A stretch of 64,000 nucleotides of DNA from a virus, in IMG/VR virus record IMGVR_UViG_3300011113_000747, positions 120,543-184,542 of that record; one strand, 5' to 3'. The position numbers were made by a program, and so were the translations under genes. The notes under the pieces were generated by a model. That model ran no database searches. It worked only from the letters and a program-made list of their open reading frames with translations, and was not told the origin of the DNA. Shown piece by piece: positions 40,747 through 52,331 of this stretch (positions are counted from its first letter, which is position 1; the number at the start of each line of letters is the position of its first letter).

Positions 40747-41013
40747 ATGATTCTATACACCACTGAATTCAAAAAGAAAAACGGAGAGCTTCGTGCTATG
40801 AAATTTGTTCGACCATTTGATGAGCAGGATGAAGCTTTTATTAATGCTAACGTCAAAGGAGTTAAAAAACAAACTCTTAGTGAAGGCTTCGAACGCGTTT
40901 GGGATGTTGAAGCTAAGGGCTTCCGAGTGATTAACCACAACGAGCTCATTAAGCCTGTTGAACCAATTGGTTATGCAATCTATATTCCAACTACTAACAC
41001 ATTTGTATACTAA
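40747..41013 (+). CDS. SH3/WYL-like beta-barrel protein
   Basis: F.KKNGELR.M ... VWDVEAKGFR. Confidence 0.55.
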   Translation: MILYTTEFKKKNGELRAMKFVRPFDEQDEAFINANVKGVKKQTLSEGFERVWDVEAKGFRVINHNELIKPVEPIGYAIYIPTTNTFVY

Positions 41014-41309
41014 TGATTGACCCTGACGATATCTCCAAGTCTGTACTAGAACTTGCGGAAGAAATTACATCTGCTGAACGTATTATTCAGTATGGTCACC
41101 CGTCTAAGAACTTTGCAGATATTGCTAAGATGTGGTCAGTTATCTTGAATGTAGAAGTTACACCACAGCAAGTCGGTCTTTGCAATATCGCAACCAAAAT
41201 TTGTAGAGAGATTAACTCACAGAAACGCGACAATCTAGTCGACATCTGTGGATATGCTAAGGCTATTGACCTTGTAAATAACGATTACTATGAAGACGAA
41301 GAAACCTAA
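41013..41309 (+). CDS. DUF6378-like (all-alpha dNTP pyrophosphatase-related)
   Basis: R..QYGHP..NF..IA.MWS, K..R..DN.VDI.GYA. Confidence 0.7.
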   Translation: MIDPDDISKSVLELAEEITSAERIIQYGHPSKNFADIAKMWSVILNVEVTPQQVGLCNIATKICREINSQKRDNLVDICGYAKAIDLVNNDYYEDEET

Positions 41310-41810
41310 ATCTAAGGTAAGACTTAAGAAGGTTAAATCTGTTAAAGAACCTAAAGTCAAAGTAAAAGAGCTTTATAAAAACAAAAAGAAACTAACTTCT
41401 AAATTAACTCCAGATAAACTTGGTGTTGAATATTTCTTTGAAGTTCTAAAATCTGACAAAGAAGGTAATCCAATTATTACCAGATCATCCAAATACAATA
41501 AAGGTAAATTGGTTAAGGAAATGGTATATAATTATTCTAAAGATGAAGCAGAATACAAAGTCAAAGAAATTTGATATAATTACAGCAAGTGAAGCTAGAG
41601 GTCGTTTGCTGATTGGTAATCAAATTGTTTTACGTAAAGTTGAAAAGGATATTATCAAGAGTGCTGAACGTGGTCATGATTGTGTTGTAGTCAACTACGT
41701 AATTGATAGTGACTCACTAAGCTATCTTCGTAGTCATGGATATAAAGCAGAAGTTTGTTATGATGAAACTTCTGATGTTAAATATGGAACTTTAATCTCT
41801 TGGAAATAAT

Positions 41811-42881
41811 ATGGGTGGTAATCTTCTCAAAACCTGGAATCTTCCAGAGAAACGTATTCCTACAGACGAATACAATCAGATCAAAGACGAGCTCTGCAAC
41901 AAGTTTCGTGCAGATGGCAAATGCAATCGCCCAGTGCCTAGTCCTTTTGTTAAAGTTGCTCCAAGCATTCGCGACAAAGAGACTCATGGTGATCTTGACA
42001 TCATCATAGGTCGTTTTACCGATGCTGATATTCACATGCTATGGAAAGGTGAAAGTGACTTTGGTAAATATCTTGAAAATGAATTTGGCTATAAGCCGTT
42101 CAAGAACAGCAATGTCTATTCCTTCCCGTATCAAGGCTTTCAAGTGGATGTAACCTTTCATCCTATGAATGATTTCTATATGGCTGTAGATTACTCTTCT
42201 TGGGGTGATCTTGGCAACATCATGGGTCGTGTGTTTCATAAAATGGGGCTGCATTTTGGTCATTCTGGCCTTTCCTTTTGGATTCGTCAAGGGTTGTTTG
42301 ATGCCAATGTTCAGTGGAGTGATTCTGATCACATTTATCACAAAACTGTGTTGACTACCAACATGAAAGACATTTGTGAGGTTGGCGGTTTTGATTATGC
42401 TCGTTGGAGCAAAGGCTTTGACACCGAGAAGGATGCTTTTGACTTTGTAATCGACTCAAAGTATTTCAACAAAGAGTTGTTTGCGTTGGAAAATCTAAAT
42501 CATACCAACCGCACTCGCAATCGCAAACGTGGCATGTATATGCGCTTCATTGAGTATGTTGCTGATTGTGATAAAGTGGGTGAACCATTTCGCAGCAAGC
42601 ATGAATACTCTTTGCTTATGCAGTGCAGGTATTCTCAACTGCAGCGTGACATCAACAATTTCAGACTTGTTTATGAAGTTGATAAAGTAGTTAAAGAAAA
42701 AGTTAATGGCAAGCTTGTTGCTGAGTGGTGCAACTTGTCTGAAAATGATGGACCGCTGATTGGTAAAATCATGAGCGAAGTTCGTGATGTTCCTAAGTAT
42801 ATTCTTCTTGAAATGACTCAAGAAGAAATTAAACAGTTTGTTGTTGATACACACTCAAAATACGTTAAAGTGAATGAATAA
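41811..42881 (+). CDS. Pol-beta-superfamily nucleotidyltransferase
   Basis: DKETHGDLDIII and FQVDV acidic triad. Confidence 0.6.
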   Translation: MGGNLLKTWNLPEKRIPTDEYNQIKDELCNKFRADGKCNRPVPSPFVKVAPSIRDKETHGDLDIIIGRFTDADIHMLWKGESDFGKYLENEFGYKPFKNSNVYSFPYQGFQVDVTFHPMNDFYMAVDYSSWGDLGNIMGRVFHKMGLHFGHSGLSFWIRQGLFDANVQWSDSDHIYHKTVLTTNMKDICEVGGFDYARWSKGFDTEKDAFDFVIDSKYFNKELFALENLNHTNRTRNRKRGMYMRFIEYVADCDKVGEPFRSKHEYSLLMQCRYSQLQRDINNFRLVYEVDKVVKEKVNGKLVAEWCNLSENDGPLIGKIMSEVRDVPKYILLEMTQEEIKQFVVDTHSKYVKVNE

Positions 42882-43584
42882 TATGAAATACTATAAACTT
42901 TTAACTCAAGAAATGACTTCTCGCAATGCTACAGAATGGAAGTTAAACGTTCCAATTACTGTTGAAAAAGAAGGAGTTGAAATGTGTACTGATCAAGTAT
43001 TACATTGTTATAACCATCCACTTCTTGCAGTGATTTTTAATTCATTCCATGTATTGATTGAAAATCCAAAGCTTTTTGAAATAAATGTAGATAAGATTGT
43101 AAACACTGATGGATTAAAGTTTGCAAGTAAAAGTCAGACTTTGATAGAAGAAATCCCTCTTCCAGAAATTAGCACAGAACAAAAAGTTGAATTTGCTATT
43201 AGAGTAGCAAAAACGGTTTATAAAGAAAAGAAATGGAATGAATGGGCTGATAAATGGTTAAATGGTGAGGATCGTAGCGAAGAAAGTGCTTATACTGCTG
43301 CTACTGCTGTTAGAGCTGCTAATTATGCTGCTAATGCTGCTGCTTCTGCTTCTGCTGCTGCTTGGGCTACTGCTTGGGCTACTGCTTGGGCTACTGCTTG
43401 GGCTACTGCTAGAGCTGCTAATTATGCTGCTACTAATGCTACTAATGCTGCTAATGCTAATGCTGATGCTAATGCTAATGCTGCTGCTTCTGCTGCTTAT
43501 GCTGCTAATGTTGTTGATGATAAAAATGAATTTAACAGAAAAATGATTGACATTATTGAAAGTATTGTTAAAATGAATGAATAA
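42874..43584 (+). CDS. Protein with an Ala-rich low-complexity C-terminal tract
   Basis: Globular N-terminus, WADKWLNGEDRS, then an A/W/T/N repeat tract. Confidence 0.7.
   Translation: MNNMKYYKLLTQEMTSRNATEWKLNVPITVEKEGVEMCTDQVLHCYNHPLLAVIFNSFHVLIENPKLFEINVDKIVNTDGLKFASKSQTLIEEIPLPEISTEQKVEFAIRVAKTVYKEKKWNEWADKWLNGEDRSEESAYTAATAVRAANYAANAAASASAAAWATAWATAWATAWATARAANYAATNATNAANANADANANAAASAAYAANVVDDKNEFNRKMIDIIESIVKMNE
43360..43407 (+). repeat. 4 x 12-nt perfect tandem repeat GCTTGGGCTACT (AWAT)
   Basis: Directly visible in the sequence. Confidence 0.95.
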
Positions 43585-44123
43585 TATGGAAGAATTCAAA
43601 CTCGAATACACTGAACCAGACAAGGTCTACGAAACAGTAGACACTAAACCACAAGAGCCTCAATATCGTTATTACGAAGTTGAAGTGAGTCGCCGGCAGA
43701 TTGCTTATGTAACTGTGCGTGTACCGCATGATAAAGTGCTTGATTTTCGTAATAGTCATGAAATTGCGGAAAGAGCTGTTGATGAGCTTGTTCAAAACTA
43801 TGAATGGGAAACTGAGTATCCTCAAGATATTGAAGTTGAAAGCATCAAAGAAATGACCGAAGATGAAGCAACTGCATACGACGTTTACGAAGCATAGTGA
43901 AGTTTGAAAAAATAGCACGCATTTGGTGGACACCAGATTTCGGCACTAATGATGTTTCATTTGGAATACACATTTGCTGGAAAGGAAGAGTTGATATCCA
44001 CTTCATGTGGGGTATGTTATCCATGGGCATTGTTCCCATCTACAAAACAAAAAACGAGAAATTAATTGCAGTTAGTAATTCATACCATTCAGATAAAACT
44101 AAGCCAACAAGAGCAAGCACACC

Positions 44124-44309
44124 ATGACACTACCAATACTCTACTCTCGCAACAGCAACATCAAAGGTTCTCGTGAGTATTGTGCACAACTGCTGCGCGA
44201 AAAAGATCAACTCATTGGCAAGCAAGCCACAGTCAAGTTCTTCAATTTGACTCCTGACAATGTACCGCGGTTTCCGTTTATGGTGGGAATCAGGGACTAT
44301 GAATGTTAG
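44124..44309 (+). pseudogene. Internally deleted ATP-dependent DNA ligase remnant
   Basis: N-terminal MTLPILYSR joined to the OB-fold end IGKQATVKFFNLTPDNVPRFP..IRDYE; no catalytic KxDG. Confidence 0.7.
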
Positions 44310-44343
44310 TTGAAAATATTAGGAAATATGTTATAATAAGTGT

Positions 44344-45519
44344 ATGAATTACCTAGCACAACATTTCTGGAATAACGATACTAACTGTATCGACGGTCTT
44401 GCTCTGTGGAATGCTCTTCAGCCTCATATTGAGAAAGGCGAACTTGTTGTCAATGAGGGCAAAGGTGATCGAGAAGGTCTCAAGCTTGTCACATATTCCA
44501 AGACCTATCAGTATGAGCACAATTCCATTGCATGGGATCCTCTGGTGCAACATTGCCGCGGCATCATCTTTGATGCTACTGATGATTACAAGATTGTAGC
44601 TCTTCCTTTCTCCAAGTTCTTCAACTATGGTGAAGGTGGCATTCATTATCCTTCTGCTGGTGCTGAAATCACCAAGGTATTCTACAAGGCTGATGGCTCA
44701 CTAGGAATCTGCTTCTATTGGCGCGGCAAATGGCATCTAACTACTAGAGGCTCACTCAATTCTGATATTGGTGAGGTAGGTCAGAAGCTACTCGATAATC
44801 ATGCATTGCAGGGTGAACATTACATGGGTGAATCTTGCATCCTCAACACATACAATACTTACCTATTCGAAATCATTGATGACATCTGTCGCATTGTCGT
44901 CAAATATGACGAGAGCCTTTTAATGCTTATTGGTTCTCGAAACAATCGTACTGGTGAATGCTTCTTTGGTGGTAATGCAATTCCTCCTTGGCCTCATTAT
45001 GTTAACAACTATCCTTTCAAAACCAAAGAAGAAATGCATGCATGGCTCAACAAGACCAAAGGCACAGAGTTTGAAGGCTTTGTGGTTCACTTCTCTGATG
45101 GCTCTATCTTCAAGTTCAAGTCTGAAGACTATATGCGACTGCATCGCATCATTGCTCAGTTCACGTTCAAGCGTGTGCTGGAAGCTGTGCAGCTGCATCA
45201 AGAAGAAGAAATCCGCAAGGCATTGCCAGAAGAGCTCATTCCTGAATTTGATCAATTCATTGATTTAATTAATGATAAGATCAAAACAATTGTTCGTAAG
45301 GTTGCGTTGGTTGTTGCAGATGCTCCAAAAGAGTCTCGCAAAGAGTTTGCACTTTATTTGCAGCAGTATTATAAAGGAACGGACGTCTTAAAATATGCGT
45401 TCAAATACGTTGATTTTAATTTAGATGCAACTAAACTCATGGAATACATTTTGCAAAGCTTGCGCCGCGATGACTTTGAAGTTACAGAAAACAAAAACAA
45501 AGACCATATTGATTCATGA
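44344..45519 (+). CDS. rnlA: RNA ligase, T4 Rnl1 family
   Basis: CRGIIFD, LPFSKFFN, motif I KADGS, FEII, EGFVV, KFKS..Y..LH. Confidence 0.9.
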   Translation: MNYLAQHFWNNDTNCIDGLALWNALQPHIEKGELVVNEGKGDREGLKLVTYSKTYQYEHNSIAWDPLVQHCRGIIFDATDDYKIVALPFSKFFNYGEGGIHYPSAGAEITKVFYKADGSLGICFYWRGKWHLTTRGSLNSDIGEVGQKLLDNHALQGEHYMGESCILNTYNTYLFEIIDDICRIVVKYDESLLMLIGSRNNRTGECFFGGNAIPPWPHYVNNYPFKTKEEMHAWLNKTKGTEFEGFVVHFSDGSIFKFKSEDYMRLHRIIAQFTFKRVLEAVQLHQEEEIRKALPEELIPEFDQFIDLINDKIKTIVRKVALVVADAPKESRKEFALYLQQYYKGTDVLKYAFKYVDFNLDATKLMEYILQSLRRDDFEVTENKNKDHIDS

Positions 45520-47865
45520 AAACTAAATTTTATACATTCAATCAAAACAACAGCGGTGGCAGCTTTCGTTATGATGCACAGCGAGGCATCACTCGCTATG
45601 TCATTGTGGAAGCAGTCGATCGGAACCATGCTATAAGCCGAGCAGAAAGCATTGGCTTGTACTTTGACGGTGTTGAAGAAGGGCGAGACTGTGAATGCTG
45701 CGGTGATCGTTGGTACAGGCCATATAGTGATGAAGGCAAAGATGAACCTTGTGTCTATGATACTCCAGTTGCATCACATAAGCGCAACGAGTGGGGCTTC
45801 TTCAAGGATGATCAAAAAGAAATTGCTGTTCATTATTTGGATGGCCGCATTGAATTGCTTTGCTAATCATGCTCGTCACAGACCAACAGAGAAACTCAAC
45901 AAAAGAAGAAAACAACAGGAACTGCAGTAGTAGTTGATTCGCACAAAACCTGATTTATAATATCTAAATGAAAAACAAAATCCTCACGTTTATTGCAATG
46001 GCTTGTCTTTTTACCAGCTGCACTGAAAATCAAATGGCTAAACAGTTTGGGGGTACCATGAAAGTGGATCTTCCCCCAAATACTGAATTTGTCAATGCTA
46101 CTTGGAAGAATGACCAATTGTGGTATATTTATCGACCACGTAAAGAAGGTGAGTCCATTGACGTGATCACTATGCAAGAAGATTCCAACTTTGGTCTTTT
46201 GGAAGGTAAGGTGCAATTCAACGAACATTGAAATACCCACATGCAATGCTTGCTAACGCATAAGCCTGTTGTATAATAATACAATAAGGAAAGTTGATAT
46301 AATAATTGTATGAGCAAGCCATTAATTCACGCACAATCGTCAGCACGCAAGTTTGGTGGAACTTGGGAAGATTATATCGACATCCACGAGCTAATGGATT
46401 CATCCAAAGCGGTGACTTCTCTTCCTACTCACAGAGCACTCACTCACAACACCTGGTTCGTTGCAAGCATATTGACTCGCATCTTCGGCGAAGTATTTCA
46501 TCGCAAGAGTGATGGTAAGCCTGTTTCGACTCGAGACATTGGTGAGCAGCACATTGCAGAAGATTATCGGGGATTCATTCCAAGTGCTTCTGACTTCATT
46601 GACTGCCTCAATGTGGAAGATTGGATGATGAATGGCAAGGGCAAGCCACCTTCTCATGCTCTCATCATCAAGCAACAGCAAAAGAATCTCAAAGAAAAAT
46701 CCGCAACCGTAGATTAAAACAAACTAAAACAAACACATGAAAATCGAACAACTCAAGAAACAAATTGAAGACCACACCAGCAAGATTGCTGCTCTCAAGA
46801 AACAAATGATGGAAGAACTGCGCAAGGACTTTCATGGAGCTCTTGTGGAGCTCTTTGATGCCTATCCATTTGTACATGCAGTTCACTTCACTGCATACAC
46901 TCCGTACTTCAATGATGGTGATGAATGCACCTTCAGCAGCCACCATGATGACTGCGGCTTCAATGGCTATGATGGTTATGGTGATGATAAAGACTCATGC
47001 GTAGAAAATGCTTTTGGTGACATCGAGGGCGAAAACATTTGCCACACTTCTCGTGAAACCATTTATGTTAAAGGAGAAAACGGCAAGTGGGGAGATGTTA
47101 TCAATCCTAACTTCAATGCTCTACATAAAAAAGCAGTTGATGACTTCCGCGATGCTCTCAATGCAGTGGGCGATGAAGAATGGAAGGAACTGGTGGGTGA
47201 TCATTGCATTGTGATGATTGACCGCGAAGGCATTCACGTCGAAGAATACAGTCACGATTGATATGAAATTTGAACGCAAAATCATTGAAACTGTAGATGT
47301 CACAATCCTAGACATCAGACTGCCAGTTCGCTATGAAGATGAGGATATTCCATATAATGCACCCATGAGAAAGGGTGAAGTGTGGCATGCTAAGATTAAC
47401 ATTGATGAAGGCAAGGTAATCAATTGGCCGCAAGGCAAAACACTTGACATGTACATGAAAGTAACTGACTCTGGAGTGTATACTCTTTATACAGATGAGT
47501 TGGAAGAAGTTGCTTCAAGGCATGACTATGTGCCGCATGGACTGGTGCCTGGTGAATATGGCGATTATGTGCATCTCAAAATTGATGATAACGGCAAGAT
47601 CACCAATTGGCCTGCAAAAATTAGTCTTGAAGACTTTGAAGAAGAAGATTAGGAAATAAGATATAATAATAGTATGAAAGATAATCTTAATAAGCTCGTT
47701 GGTTTTGCTGAAACCCTTTTTACTGGTAAGAATGTTGTTCATTCTACCGTTAAAAGCTCTACTAGTGTGGGTAAGTCGACTGAGAAGCGTTGCTTCTCTA
47801 TTGCTCTTGATCGTTTCAATAATGGTGGATATATTGTTAATCGTTCTAATCATATCTGGGGTTAA
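45516..47865 (+). other. Hypothetical ORFs 45516-45866, 45968-46231 (lipoprotein, FTS-C), 46310-46717 (DUF6915-like), 46737-47261, 47263-47652, 47674-47865
   Basis: Co-oriented; several have their own TATAAT-N6-ATG. Confidence 0.65.
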
Positions 47866-47867
47866 TT

Positions 47868-48143
47868 ATGAATGAAATTGTTTATTGTGGTTGTGGTTCT
47901 CAAGTAGAACCTGAACGTGTAAGTGTTCTCAATAGCCGCATTTGTTCTTCTTGCGCGCAAGTTACGCAGAAGAATTGGCAAAAGCCGAGGGGTGTTATGA
48001 TCTACGGGCATAAAACCGGTGCAGAGATTCAAGTACTTACCCCAGAGCAGTTTGCTAATCACCGTAAGTATAATCCATATGGTCGTCATACTGGTCGAGG
48101 CTCTGGCCTGCATCGTGTGACTAAGACTACTTCCTGCATGTAA
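47868..48143 (+). CDS. C4 zinc-finger protein, TraR/DksA-like
   Basis: CGCG.QV.PERV.VL..RICSSCA. Confidence 0.5.
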   Translation: MNEIVYCGCGSQVEPERVSVLNSRICSSCAQVTQKNWQKPRGVMIYGHKTGAEIQVLTPEQFANHRKYNPYGRHTGRGSGLHRVTKTTSCM

Positions 48144-48182
48144 CCAGTTGAACTAATCCAAAAAAAAACATTATAATACAAT

Positions 48183-48560
48183 ATGAACGAAACTATTGAA
48201 CCATACGTTAAGAAGCTACTGGATGGCGGCATGAAGACTGCCGAAGATGTAGCGAAGTTTATTGAAACTCAGACACCTGAACTGGGCAGGGAAATGATTG
48301 CATGGGGTACTGTATCTGAAATTGTAGCACCGCTCATTGGTCTCACCCTATTTCTTACCATGCTCATTTTGCATATCAGGTACAAAGACTACAAAAATTA
48401 CTACTGCGGCTCTGCGGAAAACCCACCCGGGTTTCCATTCATTGTAATTCCAGGCATGGTTGGTATGATTATTTTCATCGCACAAGTCATGGATGTCATC
48501 TACCCTCTAGTTGCACCACGACTTTATGTTTTGGAAAAGATTGCCAGCTTCATCAAGTAA
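48183..48560 (+). CDS. Membrane protein (paralog of 54518-54937)
   Basis: Q.PE...E...W, two TM segments, APRLYVLE. Confidence 0.6.
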   Translation: MNETIEPYVKKLLDGGMKTAEDVAKFIETQTPELGREMIAWGTVSEIVAPLIGLTLFLTMLILHIRYKDYKNYYCGSAENPPGFPFIVIPGMVGMIIFIAQVMDVIYPLVAPRLYVLEKIASFIK

Positions 48561-48784
48561 ATTATGATCAAAGACAAATATCGTCTGGCACATTACATCC
48601 TCAGCTATTTCAATCCAAAAAATGAAACTCTCCAACAAGAAGAAAAACAACCGCAAAACATCTGCGCTTAAAAAGCAAATAACATGTCCCAACTGCAAAC
48701 AAAACATCGCTGCAGGTGAAGGACACTTTGCACCACCTTCTTTTGGAGAAAAAGGATTCTTCATCTGTCAAAACTAATTTCAAA

Positions 48785-48976
48785 ATGACAACCACTGATT
48801 ACGTTGCTGTAGATGCTCTCAAACTACATATTCTCAACATGAGAGAATATTACAAAGAGTTACAATCGGACTGCAAAAAATGGCGAAATGAAACATCTTT
48901 TCACATTTATCAAGGTGTGCTCAAAGCATTGAACGAGCTTGAAGAACAAATTGATGAAATGAAAGTTTCACTATAA
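48785..48976 (+). CDS. 63-aa protein, tandem copy 1
   Basis: MTTTDYVAVDALK..IDEMKVSL. Confidence 0.7.
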   Translation: MTTTDYVAVDALKLHILNMREYYKELQSDCKKWRNETSFHIYQGVLKALNELEEQIDEMKVSL

Positions 48977-48978
48977 AA

Positions 48979-49170
48979 ATGACAACCACTGATTATGTTC
49001 CTGTAGATGCTCTCAAGAGCTACATTGAACACTTTGTTGAAGAGAGCGAAAAACAACAAGCTAGAGCAGTTGAAATGTTTAATCCTGATGATGCTTCATA
49101 TTATGATGGCGTGATTGACGCTCTCAAAGCTCTTAAAGAACGAATTGATGAAATGAAAGTTTCAATATAA
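48979..49170 (+). CDS. 63-aa protein, tandem copy 2
   Basis: MTTTDYVPVDALK..IDEMKVSI. Confidence 0.7.
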   Translation: MTTTDYVPVDALKSYIEHFVEESEKQQARAVEMFNPDDASYYDGVIDALKALKERIDEMKVSI

Positions 49171-49209
49171 ACCAGTTGACTGAATTAGGAAACACGCTAC
49201 AATAACATC

Positions 49210-50196
49210 ATGAAAAAAATCATTAATTTCTTCGCAAGCCTCAAGTTTGTCTTCATGCCTCATTATTGGGTCATGGATGATGGTTATAATGAAGAATGGG
49301 ATAAAAAGTTTTGCGAGCTTGTTAAAGCGCACGACTTCGAACCAGACTGCGACCTTGACCAAGAATTTGGCAATCAAACATACACTGCATTCCTTGGTGA
49401 GTATCGTATTTGGGTAAGTAATTATCCTTTTGCCTTTTTCAGTTTTTGCGGCAAGCGTGGTGGGGATTATAACACGTCTAGTATTCGTCCCAGCCGCCTC
49501 ACCATTGCCAAATACTACAAGAAGCTCAAAGCTGATCTTGCCAAACACAACTGCACACATCGCTAATTCATATGTTCTACCAAGACAAAACTCTCCAAAA
49601 CAAAATTCATGGTGCCAAGTTCCTTGGCTTCACTCGCAGGGATGAAAGCACCATTCTCATCACTACTGATCGTGGTAACATTAATGTGAGTGTTTCAGGT
49701 GACTGTTGCTCTCATTCCATCTTCTATGATGTGGTGGTGCCTGAAGAATGCTTTGGTGCTGAAATCACCGGCTTTGACACATGGGATCGTGAGAGTCCAG
49801 TGCCAACTGAAGAGCAGGTGAACGCAAAGGCCATTGCACTTTGTGGTGAGCATGGATGGTCTTCTGAATGTCTCAGCATTTGGGATGTCAAGCTTCAAAC
49901 CACCAATGGCACCATCTACCTGCGCCATGTCAACAGCTCCAATGGCTATTATGATGGTATTGTGATCATCAAATGTTATTACTAATATGGCTCTTACAGA
50001 TTGTCCCAAATGCTGGAATGCAGAAGAACAATGCACTTGCAGTGAAAAACAAATTGGTACATACAAAGAAGAATTTGAAAAACTTCGACACATTTGCTTG
50101 AAGATTTATTATGCTCGCATTGCAATGAGAGAAGATCTGGTCATCAAAGGTCTTGATGAGATTGATGCATACTTTCGTGAACCTAACATGAACTAA
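49210..50196 (+). other. Hypothetical ORFs 49210-49566, 49572-49985, 49987-50196
   Basis: Packed behind TTGACT..AGGAAA..TACAAT-N6-ATG. Confidence 0.6.
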
Positions 50197-50197
50197 C

Positions 50198-50608
50198 ATG
50201 GATAAACTTCAAAAGCTATTTGACATTGGATTTAGACAAATTGGTAAATGGAATTGTAATCCTAATCTTCAACTTGAAAGAAGCTTCAAAGGTACGCGTA
50301 AGAACGTCCTGTATGCCTTTGTTGTAGATGGTGAGCCTATGTATGTGGGTAAAGCAGGAGACTTTATGGGTGTTATGAACGCTTATAGGCATCCTGGTAA
50401 ACGCTCAACACGCATTCGAATCAAACAACATCTCATCGATCGAATTGAAGCTGGGTGTAATGTTATTGTTTTAATGTTCGAACAAACAGATGATATGTAC
50501 TTTCATGGGATTAAGCTCAATCTCTGCCATGCCCTTGAAGAAGAAATTATTAAAATTATGAACCTTGAATGGAATATAATTGGTAAGGTAAAAGGAACAA
50601 ACGTATAA
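50198..50608 (+). CDS. GIY-YIG nuclease, T4 endonuclease II (DenA)-like
   Basis: NVLYAFVVDGEPMYVGKA..LEEEIIK.MN.EWN parallels T4 EndoII. Confidence 0.6.
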   Translation: MDKLQKLFDIGFRQIGKWNCNPNLQLERSFKGTRKNVLYAFVVDGEPMYVGKAGDFMGVMNAYRHPGKRSTRIRIKQHLIDRIEAGCNVIVLMFEQTDDMYFHGIKLNLCHALEEEIIKIMNLEWNIIGKVKGTNV

Positions 50609-50615
50609 TAGATTT

Positions 50616-52244
50616 ATGGAAAGCAAAGAACCAAACATTACTGCTATCAAAGGTATTATCCGAGACCGGAATATCTGCGGTTACAATGATAAGCGCAAGA
50701 ATGGTCGTCGTATCAAGATCACCTCATGTATCTCTCATGCTGACCAAGATCTACTCGAACGTGTTTTGCCGCAATGTTACCCGCAGTATAAAGTAGCGGT
50801 TGGTAACTATATTACCAAACCTAGTTGGGGTAAGCCATATGTAGCTACCGCAATTCATTTTCGGAATAAGTAATTGATATGACTATTACCCTTCAAATTC
50901 CTGATCAAACATTGAGTAAATACTCAAACTTTATTGAAGCAGGTACTGGTGTCCCAGGACCTCAAACTGCAGAAGAGTGGTCACTATACATTACTGATAC
51001 AATAATCAATAATTATATGACAGAAAAATTCGGCACTGATAACAATAATGTTGAGTTTATCTAATGATTGTTGCAGATAAAAATAATAACATAATCAAAG
51101 TTGGATCTACTCTTTCAATAAGAGGGGTTGATCATAAAGTGATTGATATAATCTTACCATCAACCATAGAGGGTTACCTTATAGTAATGGACAACACAAA
51201 TGGCAATACTTATAAGGTATACCCAACTCTTTTTGGTGGGAAGTGGGATAGAGATAGAGAATACATTATAGGTAAAACTCCCACTAAAAAGAATTTGATT
51301 TCTAAGGGAAAGAAATTATAATTATAGGGTAAGAAAGATTAAATGCTCCAGTGGCGAAATTGGCTGAAACGCATGAGATTTAAAATCTCATACCCACGAG
51401 GTAAACACTGTCGGTTCGAATCCGACCTGGAGTACCATTTTCAAAAGGAAAGTCTATATAATTAAAACATGAAGTATGTCCCAAAAGTTCCTAGTGTTGT
51501 TGAAGCTAAGACTCTCCTCGGTCAAGGTAAGTTCCCTTATTACCATCCTTGTAGTGTTTGTGGTAAAGCTTGCTCTACTCCAACTAAAGTCTTCTGGCAG
51601 AAACGCCTCAATGAGTTTGGCTCTGTAGAAGAACTCTATAGTAAGTTTACTTGCCGTGATTGCCGCAAGAGCAAGAAGCAGCTCAAGAAAGAACGCGTAG
51701 CTGCTCTAGTTGGTAGTTCTAGTTCTGTATCTACTTTGTATCAGCGTAAGCCGGGTGATGCAATCAAAATTGCTCCAGGTCATATCGGCTTCTCTGTCTG
51801 GGAAGATGGTAAGTTTCTCGGCACCACTATGCATCGTTTGGTTGACAAACAAAAGAATTAAGGAACAAAGATATAATAGATTTATGAACAAATATAATAA
51901 AGGTAAAACCGAAAAGGTTATTGAAACTGAGTTCTACCATCGTAGGTGGAATGGTAGTGGTTTTCATTCACATCACAACAAGCTGACTGGTGCGTTTGGA
52001 ATCACCAAGAAGGAATGGTTCCGAATGGTTGAAGATCGTAATCGTAAAACTAAAGCTCTTCGTCAGAAAATCAAAAACGGAAAATAATATGAGTGATAAA
52101 GTAACTGTGAATGCAGGTGGTGGTGGCTGTTTTAGTCTTATTCTTACCATCATGGTTTTGTGGGCTCTTTGGTTTGGTCTGCCAACTCCATGGGGTGTAT
52201 TTGAGATTGATATCTTTCCTCCGGGATTGTTTATCAATAGGTGA
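50616..52244 (+). other. Hypothetical ORFs 50616-50873, 50879-51064, 51064-51321, 51469-51861 (CxxC..CxxC zinc ribbon), 51884-52087, 52089-52244
   Basis: Co-oriented, with starts adjacent to promoters. Confidence 0.6.
51345..51437 (+). tRNA. tRNA-Leu(TAA)
   Basis: GCTCCAG/CTGGAGT acceptor stem; TGAGA-TTTAAAA-TCTCA; variable arm TACC/GGTA; GTCGG-TTCGAAT-CCGAC; encoded CCA. Confidence 0.93.
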
Positions 52245-52251
52245 GTTTAAT

Positions 52252-52326
52252 GCGCTTGTAGCTTAAAGGTGAAGCGGGGGTCTCATAAACCCTAGAGTGT
52301 TGGTTCAAGTCCAACCGGGCGCACCA
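52252..52326 (+). tRNA. tRNA with CAT anticodon (elongator Met or Ile2)
   Basis: GCGCTTG/CGGGCGC; loop CTCATAA; T arm GTTGG-TTCAAGT-CCAAC; CCA; lacks initiator features. Confidence 0.9.
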
Positions 52327-52331
52327 ATTTC

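Noticed and set aside
43258-43623. Poly-Ser and poly-Leu ORFs
   Set aside because: These are alternative-frame readings of the GCT-rich repeat.
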